A DNA stretch of 63,470 nucleotides, the filler included, from Octopus bimaculoides (taxonomy: Eukaryota), in assembly GCF_001194135.2 (NCBI RefSeq). It is 6 parts of 5 records of this genome, joined end to end, with 100 filler letters (N's around TTAATTAATTAA, not from the genome) between each part and the next. Parts side by side here need not be neighbours in the genome. Positions count along the whole stretch, not along the records: positions 1 to 22,486 come from NC_068981.1; 5 more parts are not named here. One strand, 5' to 3'. The translations under genes and the position numbers were made by a program. The notes under the pieces are model-generated. The model worked only from the letters and a program-made list of their open reading frames with translations. It was not told the DNA's origin and made no database searches. Shown here piece by piece: positions 1-13,385 of the stretch (within the stretch, counting starts at the first letter, position 1; each line of letters begins with the position of its first letter).

Positions 1-54
1 CAAACAAGGAACCTTGCCCACCACTGCGCAAGACCACCACAGTCGTCACGCCAA

Positions 55-1822
55 TATTTTTTACTAACTATTGGGGGCCTGTTGCATCATAATAAAAGCA
101 AAATTTCTTTCCTGAGAGATCTTACTGCATGCAATCAAACCCGATGCATAGCACTCGTGGAAACTCACCTTAGCCCTGATATAGAGGATGCAGAAATACA
201 CGTACCAAAATATGCCATACTGCGAACAAACAGAAAGGAAAGGAGCCATGGTGGGGTTGATGTATACATTCGTGACGACCTCACACCCCAGGTCTTACTG
301 TCATACTCAAATTCGGTATGTGACACTCTAATTGTATACATAAGACGACATAAAATAGTCCTATGTAATACATATTGCCCACCGGATGCTCCAAACCACA
401 TAGGCAAGTTTGAAGATTGCCTCACAAGAATTAAAGAAATCCACATGAAACTGGAACACCACGTGACCATATTTCTTATGGGTGATTTCAACTTCCCCAA
501 CGTCAAATGTTGCGAAGGTCTCATACGCTCAGGAATGACTCATTGCAAGCAAGCACAGGTGGAGTCCCTGCTCAACCTCACCAATAGGGATTCATGGAGC
601 AAGCTGTACTCAGACCAACTAGGGCGAATAACATTCTGGATCTCTGCTTCACGAACAATATGAACATCATTCACGATGTGAAAGTGACACTGACATTTGT
701 CTCGGATCACAACAAAATAGAGTTGTCTATGTTTGGGCCGAAAGTAACCAGAGACATACAGCTTAAAGGAAGCACCGAAATCTCTCCACTCTGAACTTCC
801 ACAAAGCAGACTTGAAATCGATCCAAAAAGAGATCCTCAGAGAAGACTGGCCGAAATGTCTCTCCACACCAGACAGTGACGTCTGTTGTGCAATCCATAT
901 GCCAGAAATATGTCCCAGAGCACAAGGCCAAAACAAATAGGAACAAGATTGCAAAGGAGAGGAAGATCCTCATGAGACGACGGACGAAGGTTGCAAATCG
1001 ACTCAACCAACATTCCAAAAGCAGCGAAAGGTCCCGCCTAAAAACAACACTAATGGAGATTGAAAAAAGGCTGCAACACTCCTATGCGAGGGAGAAAGCA
1101 GGCAAAGAAGCCTGGTTTATAAAAAAAACATTAAGTCAAACCCAAAGTCCTTCTTTCATTACGCGAAAGAAACAGCCTCGGTTCGCTGCAATATAGAAAA
1201 AGCATGAAACACAATTAAATTGTGGAAAAATGAAATGAAATATTTTTTTGAAATTATTTCCATAGTTTTCAAATAAATGGGATATTTTCCATTCTCTCTC
1301 TTTCTCTCTCTCTCTCTCTCACTTTTGTGAAGCCTCAGTAGCCAGGTAGTAGCAGATCTGACACATATATACACACACACACACACGCACACACACACAC
1401 ACATACATCTTCCTCTTCCAAAAGGATGGCTCCCTCACAGACAATCCAACTAGGATAAGTGAGGTACTGAATGACCAGTTCAAAAGTGTTTTTGCCACCC
1501 CGTTGGAACACAGACAAGGGAACAAACCAGTGGACTTCTTTGCCGCCTCACCTATAACCAGCAAGGCAGTTACGATGGATTACGTCCATATTAGCGAAGA
1601 AGATATACTACTAGCCATAAATGAAGTGGACACAAACTCAACTGCTGGTCCTGATGGTTTCCCAGTAACCCTCCTCAAATCGTGTAAGCATGCCCTGGTA
1701 AAACCCCTCAAGATTCTCTTCCAGAGCTTTCTTGCAAATGGCAAACTGCCAAGCAAGCTGAAGGAGAGAATAATATGCCCAATCCCTAAGGGGGAAGCAG
1801 AGCAGATGCCAAAAACAGTAAT
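55..1822 (+). pseudogene. CR1-group non-LTR retrotransposon ORF2 remnant (APE endonuclease, linker, start of reverse transcriptase), frameshifted and 3' truncated
   Basis: APE motifs IALVETHL, RSHGGV, MGDFNFP, NNILDLCFT and SDHN across frames (82-794). Linker NPKSFFHYAK. RT N-terminus STAGPDGFP...LVKPLKILFQSFLANGKLP...GGSRADAKN (1503-1822). Confidence 0.9.
1197..1408. repeat. Insertion inside the LINE: AT-rich sequence plus (CT)n and (CA)n microsatellites
   Basis: LINE reading frame breaks after ...SVRCNI (1196) and resumes at ...QKDGSLTDNPTRISEVLNDQF (~1409). Confidence 0.75.
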
Positions 1823-1839
1823 TGGAAGTAATTAGAAGT

Positions 1840-2300
1840 AACATGTGTAACGTGTGATTGTCGCATAGACCGTGACAGAAAATGCTGTCATGGCGATACC
1901 TGTTCATTGGCTTACGTAAAGTTGCAGAAAGTGTATGGAGAGGAGTGTATGGTGTCGCACATAAGTGTACCAGTGGTTCAGACGTTTCCAAGATGGCTGA
2001 AAAATGTCGATAATGATGAACGTTCTGGGAGAAACGCAACCAGCAGAACTGAAACATCGCAGATATGTGTGCAGCTGTGAGAGAAATCGTCGAATCGCCA
2101 TCTGCGAGTTATCAAGGGATGTGCAGATTAATTACACTTCAGTTCAGTCCATTATCACTGAAGATTTGGGTATGAGACGCGTGTCTGCCAAGTTTGTGTC
2201 AAAACTGCTTTCAGCTGACCAAAAGAACACTCGGGTCTCAGTTGCGCAAGATCTCCTTGATCGTGTCGAGAACGATGAAAACTTTTCGAAAACTTTCCAT
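1840..2300 (+). mobile_element. Mariner transposase N-terminal (HTH) remnant
   Basis: LQKVYGEECM..VYQWFRRFQDG..ERSG and RRIAICELSRDVQINYTSVQSIITEDLGMRRVSAKFVSKLLSADQKNTRV, with stops and frameshifts. Directly truncates the LINE. Confidence 0.85.
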
Positions 2301-2922
2301 AGGCTTCTAAGCAGGTATCGTCAGGCTTTTGACAAAATTTGATGCAGATTCTCTACTCAACTTTCTCTGTCATGGTCAATGCGATGATTACACCATACAC
2401 ACATTACTGCCAAGTACTGCTGTAAACAGCAGAATTGAGCTACAATGTTAAAACTTAATGCGCATGCACAGCAGAGTCCAAGCGGCAGTACTCTACATGC
2501 TTTAGCTTCGTTACTATGCCAACAGTCTGCATACTTATTGATCAGACTGCGTATTCGCTTGACTTTACAACCGAATTCTGATGTCGACCGACCGAGATTC
2601 ATTACCATCACCTTATGTCCATTTATGGAGTCTATAATTCAGGATATATTGTTTATAACTGGGTCTTATTAAATTTAACCCAGTGCGTATATAAACAAGG
2701 CGCTTCAACATCATATCATCAATGACCTGAAGCTCTGAAACAAGAAACTCTAAATAGTGACGCACAGAGATACAGCTTCGAATGTACAAATGTATATTAT
2801 TCCACACTATCTGACTATACTGAGCATTGAGTATTTTTTCGATTAAATGCATTTATAGTAATAGTTTTTTTTCTGCCACATGGAATATGTTCCCTCAATA
2901 AAGACACGTACATACATATGTG

Positions 2923-2970
<48 letters not shown>

Positions 2971-5011
2971 TGTGTCTGGAGAAAAAATACATTTTGGTAG
3001 TGAATATGTATAGCTATAAATCAGTCATTAATGATAATATTGATACAAGTCCACTTTATTCTACTAAATCGGACTTTGGAAACACTTCATGCAAAAAAAA
3101 AATATATATCATTTCGATGAAATATTATTCCAAATGGGCGAATGAATCTCCTTTAACAATAAAAATGATTTCCATGGAGGATATTCACAAGAATTAAATT
3201 TAAAGTTTTATCGGATCGATAGAGGAAATATATTAAAGGAAATTGAAGACGAAAACTTTATTGAAAAATAGGATACTGAAAATTATCCTATTTGTCTGTA
3301 TCTGATAGCGATTAAAAAATTGTGGATGTATATGACAACTAAAATCTCTTAACATGGGCGGAAAATTCATTTAAATAACGAAATTCTTCTGTTTATATTC
3401 TGTTGCTTATTTATTTTTTTCCTTTGAATTGAAAACATATGGCGGAAATTAGAAGGAAAAGCTAGACAAACTATCTTAGTTTCCCCAGATTTATAACTGT
3501 ATTTCGAGATCTGAAAAAGAAAAACATGCTTTAAAATTATAGCTAAAAATTTACTTCAGTTAACGGGTAAAGCGATTTTATAATCAGTATTGTTAGGGAT
3601 TATTTTATGAAACTCAATGAGATGAAGGACAAAATCTATTTAGTCTAATTTGATTTCAGAATCAACTAGATACTGTCAAATGTCTAATAAAGCTGACTGG
3701 TGTGTTGTTTATGTCCAGTGTGATAATATTCGTTCGTTTTTGTTTTCTTTTTTTTTTCTACTTGGCACTTCACTGTCATGTGTCTGAAAAGAGTTAAAAT
3801 TTATTTAAATTTCAAAAACGACAAACGAAATTTGTAGAAAAAAAAATGGAACTGAGCTACAAGAAATACATAAACGACTACGATAAAAAAAAAAGATCGT
3901 TTGGTGTTAATTCAAATAACATTGGACAGGATTACAATAATTATGGAAAAAGTGGACGAATTTATCTGACAATCCAGTATTATGCTACAATAACGTAGTG
4001 AATTTCGCATGCAGTGGAAGAAATGAAATATATCGTTTTGGGATTGTCTCCTTATCCAGGAGAGAGAAAAATGTTTTACTCTATTTTTTTGCCTCTCTCA
4101 AACGAAGGGATGATTCCGAAACATCAACTTCCTCTTGTGTCTATATTACACACACAAATTTATCTAAACTCATTAACTTCAATGTTTGCTTGTTTTTTGT
4201 TTTTTTTTTCTTTTACTGACACGAACCTTCACCAGTTTTGTTGGGGTTTGATTTCTAAAACGACACTATTTATTGACACACCACTCAAATATATTCATTC
4301 TGCTGTTCACAAATAATCAAGCAAATGTTAATACGAAAGTTGTTATAATATCCCTAAATGATATTTTAAAACTCTGAAAACCAGCAGACAATTCTCACCT
4401 TTTTGGTGAACATAATCTTAACGTGGTTTCAACTTCTCATAAAAAACATACGTATTTATGCTGTTACTACACTTGAAAATGACATACAGGTCAAAACACT
4501 AAATTCTTGCTAAATATATCCCAGATTTGGACATTAAAAAATACTAATTAATGTGACTCGTGTTCATGACAAGGTTTAAACGAAACTTGTATGCATTAGA
4601 GACTCTCCATTAAATTGGATTCGTTTTGAAAATCTTGTGCCTCAGCATGGCCGCAATCTAATGACTGAAATAACTAAAACATAAGATAATGCATTTGTGA
4701 ACGCCACAGCTATATTTCCACCATTATAGAATGTACCAGTCTTGTAATTAGTTTTAAAAAAACACATGCTGATATATCTAAAATTTGCAGAATTTCAAAA
4801 GTTAAGTAATTCAATATGGAAACAGGGTAATTAAATAAGAAAACATTTCGACAGAGATCTCTTAAATTTTCCAATCAAAGTTGCTTTAAATCATTTTTAT
4901 ATACCTTTGTTGACAATAATATAAAACTGATTTTTAACGATATTGCTTTGTTTCTCGTTAATGCCAATACAGTCATTTGAAGTTCTTGTCAAAGGAAGCT
5001 GCGACTTATTT

Positions 5012-5272
5012 AAAAAGTGGCACTCCGTCGGTTACGACGATAAGGGTTGCAGTTGATCCGATTATCGGAACAGCCTGCTCGTGAAATGGATGTGCAAGCG
5101 ACTGAGCGTTCCACGTACACGCGTACTCTTAACGCTGTTCTCAGGAGATTTAGCGTGGCACAGAATGTGACAAGACTGACCCTTACTGATGGACACAACG
5201 TGCTGCCGAGAATCGAACTCACGACCTTATGATCGTCAGCCGAATACCCAAACCACTAAACCATGTGCCATC
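5012..5272 (-). mobile_element. SINE family C (tRNA head, RTE-like tail), internally deleted copy
   Basis: Shares GTGGCACTCCGTCGGTTACGACG...GTTGATCCGAT and the CTAACCACT head with copies at 24616-25004 and 50566-50838. Confidence 0.8.
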
Positions 5273-5975
5273 AGCCTTATTACGTACAGTCGTAATATAT
5301 TTCCAATATTATTATACAGAGAAATAAATCAATATGTATTACTTGCGTCATAGAAAATCTCACAGGACTATACTTTTCTACGTAGCTAAACTAAGATTTG
5401 TCTTGCCTCTGTGTAGCACTAAAAGGATTAGGAATAAATGCTGCCTCTATGATCTTACGGGGTTCAGAACGGACTGAGCTTTGAAATCTATTGGGAAATA
5501 GAAACATTAATATTTTTTTCAATTATACTACAAGTTATTGAAAGAGAGTAAGGAGTAGTAAGAGTCATAGGACTATTATTAAGTTCTGTATGCCCATTAA
5601 AAATGTGAGGGTGTAAAACGTCGAGTATCTTTAAACGTCGTTGAGTGAAGACTAGAAAGTTTAGGATCTGACCTTTCAATATGAAAATATTGAAATATAT
5701 AAGAAAATATGAAAAGGAAGTTATTTGTCTGACTGAAGTTCAAAAAATGCGGATGTCAAGTATTCGAGTGTTACAAGAGGGAAATTAATTTTGTTTTCGA
5801 TTTGTAAAAATATACCTCTCTTAGTCAATGCACATTGGGTTGCATATATAAGAGGAGTTGTAGAAGCAAAACGTTTCTGTCTCCATCTCCTTCCATATCT
5901 CTTTATTTCTTCTCTTTTTCCGTGCAAAGAACACAGTTGTAACGTTAATGTAGTATTATTATTCTTTTTTATGTT

Positions 5976-6642
5976 TAAGGCGGCGAGCTGGCAGAGTTGT
6001 TAGCACGCTGGACCAAATGCGTTCTGAGTTCAAATCCCGCCGAGGTCGACTTTGCCTTTCATCCTTTCCCGGTCGATAAATTAAGTACCAGTTGCGTACT
6101 GGGATCATCTAATTGACTGGTCTCCTCCCCTAAATTTCAGGCCTTGTGCCTATTGTAGAAAGGTTTATTATTATTATTATTATTATTGTTGTTTATCTTT
6201 AAGGCTTTGAGCAGGAAGAATCGTAAGCACGCCGGGCGAAATGTTTAGCGGTATTTCGTCTGCCGCTACGTTCTGAGTTCAAATTCCGCCGAGGTCGACT
6301 TTGCGTTTCATCTTTTTGGGGTCGATAAATTAAGTACCAGTTACGCACTGAGGTCGATGTAATGAACTTAATCCTTTCCCCTTAATATGAGACCCTGTGC
6401 ATCCAGTAGAGAGGGTTATTATTTGTCTTTAAGGCGGCAAGCAGGCAGAATCGTTAGCGCGCTGGGCGTATTGCTGAGCGGTTTCTCTGCCGGTACGTTC
6501 TGAGTTCATTTCCGCCGAGATCGACTTTGCCTTTTATCCTTTCGGGGTCGATATATTGAGGACCAGTGAAACACTGGGATCGATGTAATCGACTAGTCCC
6601 CTCCCCCAAAATTTCAAGACCGTGCGTCTGCAGTAGAAGGGA
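5976..6642 (+). mobile_element. Three head-to-tail copies of SINE family A (5976-6163, 6200-6415, 6430-6642)
   Basis: Each starts TAAGGCGGCGAGCTGGCAGAA (A-box-like), has GAGTTCAAATTCC (B box) and the core GTCGACTTTGCCTTTCATCCTTTCGGGGTCGATAAA, and ends in (ATT)n. Confidence 0.9.
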
Positions 6643-8006
6643 TCATTATTTTTCTTTTCATATTTATATTATCGTTTGAAAATGTCATTTCACTTTAGTA
6701 TATCCTCGAAGAGTCTAAATTTTATGTTTGATTAAATGTGAAATTTAAAAGTAGTTTGAACTTTTACTTTTTACTATATTCTTTGATGAGAAACATATTA
6801 ACTAACACACGTACACAAAACTGTGTGCCAATATATATATGCATTTGTATCTCATAGCATACGTATCATTTAGTATTTGTTTGCTGCAGTGCGATGTACA
6901 AAGCATGAAATTGCAGTGACGTGTTATTTGTCAAGTTTTATTGTTGAAAAACTCTTATATTCAAGTGTACTTAATGCGACAGGTTGAATATTTCATTGCA
7001 TTCACAGCAAATGTTAATGCCGCCAGCGTTACAGAATTCTCACTCACCACCATATTACCATTAAACCATTCTATCTCCCTATTAATGTCTTGTATTTTCA
7101 AACACGTACAATAGAATACCTAATGCTGACTGTTAGTTGGCCGATGGATACAAGCTAAAGAAATGTAATTATTATATTATATTATTGGAATATTGCTGAA
7201 GGGCAACTTGGGAGGTATTGTTTGATAACTCAGCACCATAATGCATCAACAATCGTCTAAATATATCTTAAGAATATTAGAAATAAAATAAACACACTAT
7301 ATTCTACATTGTGTGACTATATATTAATGTGACTATAGACTTATTTGTCTAGACTTACTCTTTAACGAGAAACCAGAATTATAGTTAAAACCAAGTAGTA
7401 TATTCCATTACAATAATGGAATATATTATCAGATTGAACATATAAATGTTATGAAAATGAATACTTACAAATATTCTTTTTTTTTTTTGCACAGATTATT
7501 TTATTCGGTATTTAAAAAAAAAAAAAATTTTGCATAATGTCATAAATATTAACGACTCTATTAAACACCCCACAGCACATATATAAGTTGACAAAATATA
7601 AGTTTGAGTACTTTTCAGAATAACTATACGTTGGGTAATTTCTTGGCCATATGGAAAAGAAACAGCAGAATAACATTATGTTATTAGAAGAAGGTTATTA
7701 GCAGAGAAATTTGTGAGAAGTGATTTCAGCTAACAATTGAAACGAAATTACCTTTGGCTACCTTCAGGTAGGGACTTATGTCATGAACATCGGGAATATC
7801 TGCAGCCATATATGCTAACGGTACTTATATGAATTTGCAATAACCCTTTTAGGTGGATCTGCAGACTAATTTCTCTGAATAGCTACTTCGCGTCATATAA
7901 GTTCCTAATATTTTTGAGAAATACTTGAGAATTGTAACCTACTATTTCTTCCTTTTCTGAATTCAAAACCTCGGGCAAACACGAAACCTTTATGAGAATT
8001 GGCGAT

Positions 8007-8049
<43 letters not shown>

Positions 8050-8489
8050 AGAACGATTTCAGTAAAATGGGCTCACAACACGCTTCCGAATGCTAATTGT
8101 TAGCATTTAAGTTACTTGTTCCTCTTAAAGCTAAAGGCACAAACTTGCATAATGGCTATCGATTTATCCCGCTTGAGTCAATTTACACGGTTAAGTTGAA
8201 AATTGTATAAATCTTGTACTGTAATCTGTTAGGTTGGAAAGACATTTTTGACATGATCGCTTTGAGCGTCTTTCGCAAAGTTTATGGCAAAATAAGCATT
8301 TATTTTTACATCGTAATATTTATTCTTTCTGTGCAAATTACTTTATACCATAGCGATTAAATTCATATCGATCTTTTAACATATGTTTACATATCTGGAT
8401 ATACATATGTTTACATATCTGGATATACAAACGATAGTTTTGCTCGGTAAATTTTTCTCTCGTAGATTTTCCTCAATCGGGAGGATCAG

Positions 8490-8760
8490 GCTCTGTTAAT
8501 ATTGAGCTTCTGAAAACTGTAGTTGAGGAAAATGCAATGCAAACTTCAAAAGAATTAACAAAATAGCTCAATTCAAGTCACACGTCGATTATAAAATACC
8601 TTCATGAACTAGGAAATGTATCGAAAATTGATCACTCAGTTCTTCATGAGATGTATCTCAGCTGAATCATAGGGCTGTGTTCCTCATTGGAGGCAAACTT
8701 GCTACCGAAATTTTCCTGAATAGAATGATCACAAGTGGTGAAAAGTGTGTTCTATATACA
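8490..8760 (+). mobile_element. Mariner transposase remnant
   Basis: IELLKTVVEENAMQTSKELTK*LNSSHTSIIKYLHELGNVSKIDHSVLHE, then FLNRMITSGEKCVLY (degenerate VTGDEKW motif). Confidence 0.8.
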
Positions 8761-10049
8761 GCCGAAAACGTTGTGTTCTGTGTTTTGCGGCATACAAACG
8801 AATATTAGTCCATCGATAGATATTGCTGATTACAAAGAAAGAGAACAACAGAAAATAGACTTTCGTTTTATTATGTAGATGTCCGAATATGTAAAATGAA
8901 TAAATGACTGGTCTTTATCTTTTCCATCGATATATTTGAATATCAATTGCTGAGAACTAAACCAAATCAGACATTTCTTTTTAGTCAGGAGAGAAGGGAG
9001 TGCTCATTTCCCCCTTCAAATCTTCCGAGAAGGAGGAAGGTATCTTCAATCAGGAAATCAAGCTTCAATGCTTGCAACTGAGTGAACCACGCTTATGGCA
9101 CCCAAGGTGACAGGTGGTAAACTAGGCGACGAATTTAGACTACCTAACCATTGGCTATGGCAAGATTTGAAATTAGAGTGCAAAAGAGTGAGGCAAAAAC
9201 TCTGGGCATTCGATCCAGATAATCTACCAGATCTGTGAATTGGTATGTCTTATCGACCTGAAGAAAAGAATATTGGTTAAGTTGAACTCTATAGAATTTG
9301 AACTTAGAACACCGAAACAAATACTAGGAGGGTTTTTTTGTGTAGTACACTTACAACTATCCTGCTTCAGCGTTCTTAGATATGATTTAAATGTTTCGTT
9401 CTTTAGCATTACTCAAATACATCAAGTCCATAAAAAACAAACATGTAGACAGTTATAAAAATGTAAAGGCAGGCTAAGGAAAACAGACAAAGAAGCGAGA
9501 GAGAAAAAGAAAGATAGAGAGAGGGGGAGTGGGAGATAGAGACAAATGTTAAAGAGAAGATAGAGAGATATAAATTATAGAAGAGACAGAAAATGGAGGA
9601 ATTTGAAGAAGAGACAGATAGAGAAAGCTAAAAGGGAAGCATAGACATCGTTATGAATATAAACATCTTTTTGATTTATTTGATAAATTGCTGATAAGTA
9701 AATATTAAAAAAAAGCAATTATCCGCCAACCATATGATGCTCATATGATAAACATAAATTCTTGGCAACGCGCTGTAATCATTTGGAATCTCGTAGAGAT
9801 ATTCGAATATAGAATTTATTTTGCTTAAACTTATCGAATGCTGTAGTCAGTGATTTAATATTTAAACATTTAATTCTTTCCATATCTAAATGAAATATGT
9901 CGTGAAAGTGGACTGCTAAATCAGTTGCGGGAAAAATATTAAAACTGCAGAGAAGAGAAATAGAAATTATTAAAACAATAAATGCTAGCCTAGGCTTGTC
10001 ACTAGTCCTAGGATTCATAAGGCCGAGGTGTAACCTCTGTTCCATGACT

Positions 10050-10258
10050 CATAAGCAGCTGAAATTACAACACTGAACGGAACGCCGATCAGTCCCACGG
10101 TTAACTTTCCAGCTATTGCTGGCATTCGTTTACACCTGTGAGGACCAGCTCAACGTTAAATGAGTTTTTTCGCTCAAGAACATAATACACCATTCAGTCC
10201 TGGAATTGAAACCATGAACGGGAGTACAGCACCCTAACCACTATGACATGGGCCTTGA
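10050..10258 (-). mobile_element. tRNA-derived SINE (family D-like), partial
   Basis: GCTCAAGAACA...GGAATTGAAACC...CCCTAACCACT head, shared with 55212-55588. Confidence 0.65.
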
Positions 10259-11372
10259 AAAACCAATAAAGAGGGAGGATTAAAACATTAGAGCAGGAAT
10301 GCTTTTAGTTGCAGGTACACGAAAGCGTAAGATGATTCAAAGTTCTATTTGCCATGGGTTTTTGTTTTGTTTTCGAAAACTTTATCAGCGGTCAGTTTTA
10401 AAATCGAACGCAAGCAAGATATCAGCGATGGGCGAAAGGTTTCCTGTTGCTTTCTTAATACAACTAGTTTCCTTCCTTCACATATTTAACTTCATATCCA
10501 GCAGGAACGTAATTGATGTTTTTAACACAATCAATATATAATTGATCTTCCATCCATTTAAAATCAATAAAAGAACTAACAAAAATATATTGTGATCGAT
10601 TTATTACTTGTAATTCAGCAATTGAATTGGTTCCAAAATAAGGAAACCGATTTGACTATTGTATTTCTAACAGGAAAAATACAACAAAACGATAACTATA
10701 ATGATTATTTCTCTTTCAATACATCATTTATGCACTATATTTTGTTTGAATCATTAATGTATTCCAGTGTTCTCTGAAAGAGGGCCGTAACACCGCTTTG
10801 AGGGTATTATTGAAAATTTAGTGAACTGCAGGGGTGGACTTCAGAGGGGCGTTACATGAAAGTTCATTATTAGTGAATGTGTTATCGGAAGATGTTGATG
10901 GCTTTATAAAATCAAAAGACGGTGGGGGGGTGATTTTAAGCAAAAACTGCTTGATAACAGCTAGTCTGTACTTTCTAAACTTCTTGCTAGATTTTCTAAA
11001 CAGTAGGCTAGACTTTAACCAACGTTAGGCTGTTCGACTAATTTTCAGTTTTCATTCAGAATATCGTTAATACATTATATACAATATACCCCGAAATAAA
11101 AACAAGAATTCCCTTCAACCTTCAATCAATACAATATTACTCAGAAAATTTTCCAGAAGAACATTCTCCATAGCTTAAGTTTAATTTATTCCAGCCTTAC
11201 AAATTACATCATGGATTTTCATCTGCTTAAAAGTTCTTAAAGTCAGGTGTCGTTAGCGTTTGGCATGAAAGTCATTCATAAAAGTGCGAATTCCATTTGA
11301 AGGGGATGCTATCTGATAAATAGTTTGTAGGAATGGGTGAAGGGAATAAGCTTAAATTGGTCATAATATAAT

Positions 11373-11733
11373 GGTTTCAAAATTTGGCACAAGGACAGCA
11401 AGTTTGGGGGAGGGGCTAAGTCAATTAAATCGAACCCAGTGTTCAGCTGAAACATATTTTATCGACCCCAAAAGGAAGAAAGGCAAAGTCAACCTCAGCA
11501 GAATTTGAACTCAGAACGTAAAGACAGACGAAATGCCACTAAGCATTTTGTCCGGCATACTAATGATTCTACCAGCTCAGCGCCTTAATTAGTTGTCATA
11601 ATAACAACGGTTTCAAATTCTGGAACAACACCAACAATTTTAGGGGATGGGGCTGGTCGATCACTTCGACCCCAGTACTTGAAAAGTAATTTATTTCATC
11701 GACCCAGAAAAGAAGAAAGACAAAGTTGACCCC
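11373..11733 (-). mobile_element. Two tandem SINE family A copies (11373-11587; 11609-11733, partial)
   Basis: Reverse complement of the family A consensus. Confidence 0.85.
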
Positions 11734-11734
11734 T

Positions 11735-12665
11735 GACGAAAGCTGAATTTTGGATGGAATCATGAAGTGATACATTGTCCTGGTACAGGTGCCAGCGACC
11801 CCAATGGAAGGACTGTGGTCTTTTGCGACGAGATCTCTTTCTGATCTCCCTCAAAATCTCCACAAAAGTACTCGTTAACCCAGTGGTTGCAGATGATGCC
11901 CTGTCGAAAAATGGGATCATCATGAACTTCCTGGTGGAGTTGCTTTGCCTGACCTTCTTTCGTCTGATATTGCTTCCATTGGGCACTCAGTTTCTTGGTC
12001 TCTGAATCATAATAGTCGATCCAGCCTTCGTCATTGCTCACCAGAGACTCAAGTAGTCTAGGATTGCAGGTAATGAGATCAGCCATTTCGCGGCTGTCAC
12101 CAGTGCACGCGGCTGTCACCCTTCTGCACGTCATTAAGCAGCCTGAGAACAAACATTGCATAAATCTGGCACATATTCAGATCTTCATGAATAATTCTGA
12201 ATATAGTTTCCACACCAACCTCAAACTGTATGCATATTACCTTTATTGAGATACGACAGTCTTCATTAAAGAAATTGCGAATTTTCTCAACCAGCGCTGA
12301 CGTTCTGATGTTTCTCTCTTTCCCACACCTTTCATCGTTGCTCATTTCCTCTCTACTCTCCTTGAACCAAAGGCAGATGCTCGGCTCACACATGTTAATC
12401 CATAAGCAGTCTGGAGCATTTCATAAGTTTCTGCGGCGTTTTTGCCCAGTTTAGCACAAAACTTTATTGCATCCTGACTGTATTCTGCACACTAATCAGC
12501 TGTGACAAGCAGTCTTTAGAAGGGTATGTTTAAAGTTTTGTTACAGCATAAAAAATATGTTGGTATGTCAGCTTATAGATGTATTATATCAAAAGTACAA
12601 TAATATAGTACAATTATAACTGCCCCTGCTAAAAATAGTCTCAAACCTACTGGAACGCATCTCGT
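11735..12665 (-). mobile_element. Mariner element remnant (5' TIR, HTH, first two catalytic motifs), truncated by a SINE
   Basis: TIR-like TACGAGATGCGTTCCAGTAGG at 12665. VEKIRNFFNEDCRISIKVI, LVSNDEGWIDYYDSETK, RQSNSTRKFMMIPFFD, FVEILRE, WHLYQDN. Confidence 0.9.
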
Positions 12666-13169
12666 AGATAGTTTAACATTGTTAACGATATCATAATTTT
12701 CATTTCATTTTACCTCTAAGAAAAACGCTGAGCTGAAAATAGGATCTGAAATTGTTTTATCTCCTGACTCACCAAACATTCAAGACTTATGACTGTTCGT
12801 ATTTTAACCCATTAAGTCCCACTGTCCTATAAATAGGACACTAAATGAGAACATTAAATAAGCTATATCAAATTGTCTCAGTATCCAATTTATAGGACAC
12901 CGAGTATTTTCATTTCTACTTGAAGTAAAGGAGTTTTAATAATTAATGTTTTTATTTCATCCTATTTTCAATCATCTGTAAAAATTTTAAACTAATATTC
13001 GGAAATGTAAGTACTCTGGGACTTAATTGGTTAATTACTTCAAACACAGCTATAAGTTGGTTACTTTTACACGACACACAAAAGAAATCAAAACAAACAC
13101 GAAATTCAACACTTATACGTGCACCACAATATAGCACACAAAAGAGGACATTAAAATACGCCCATACAT

Positions 13170-13385
13170 GAGGCGGCTAGCTGACAAAATCGTTAGCACG
13201 ACGGACAAAATGCTTAGAGGCATTTCGTCCGTCTTTACGTTCCGAGTTCAAATTCTGCCGAGGTCGACTTTGCCTTTCATCCTTTCCAGTTCAATAAAAT
13301 AAATATTAACTGAGTATTGGTGTCGATATATTGACTTACTCTACACTGAAATTGCTGGCTTGGTACCAAAATTTGAATCCAATAT
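13170..13385 (+). mobile_element. SINE family A
   Basis: Matches family A head and core. Confidence 0.85.

Noticed and set aside
5976-6642. Possible CRISPR-like repeat-spacer array
   Set aside because: Units are ~200-bp SINEs in eukaryotic DNA, with no short repeats, unique spacers or cas genes.
7045-7155. Minus-strand exon candidate ending GTG|GTGAGT
   Set aside because: All three frames are closed from the good acceptor; the alternative acceptor lacks a pyrimidine tract.
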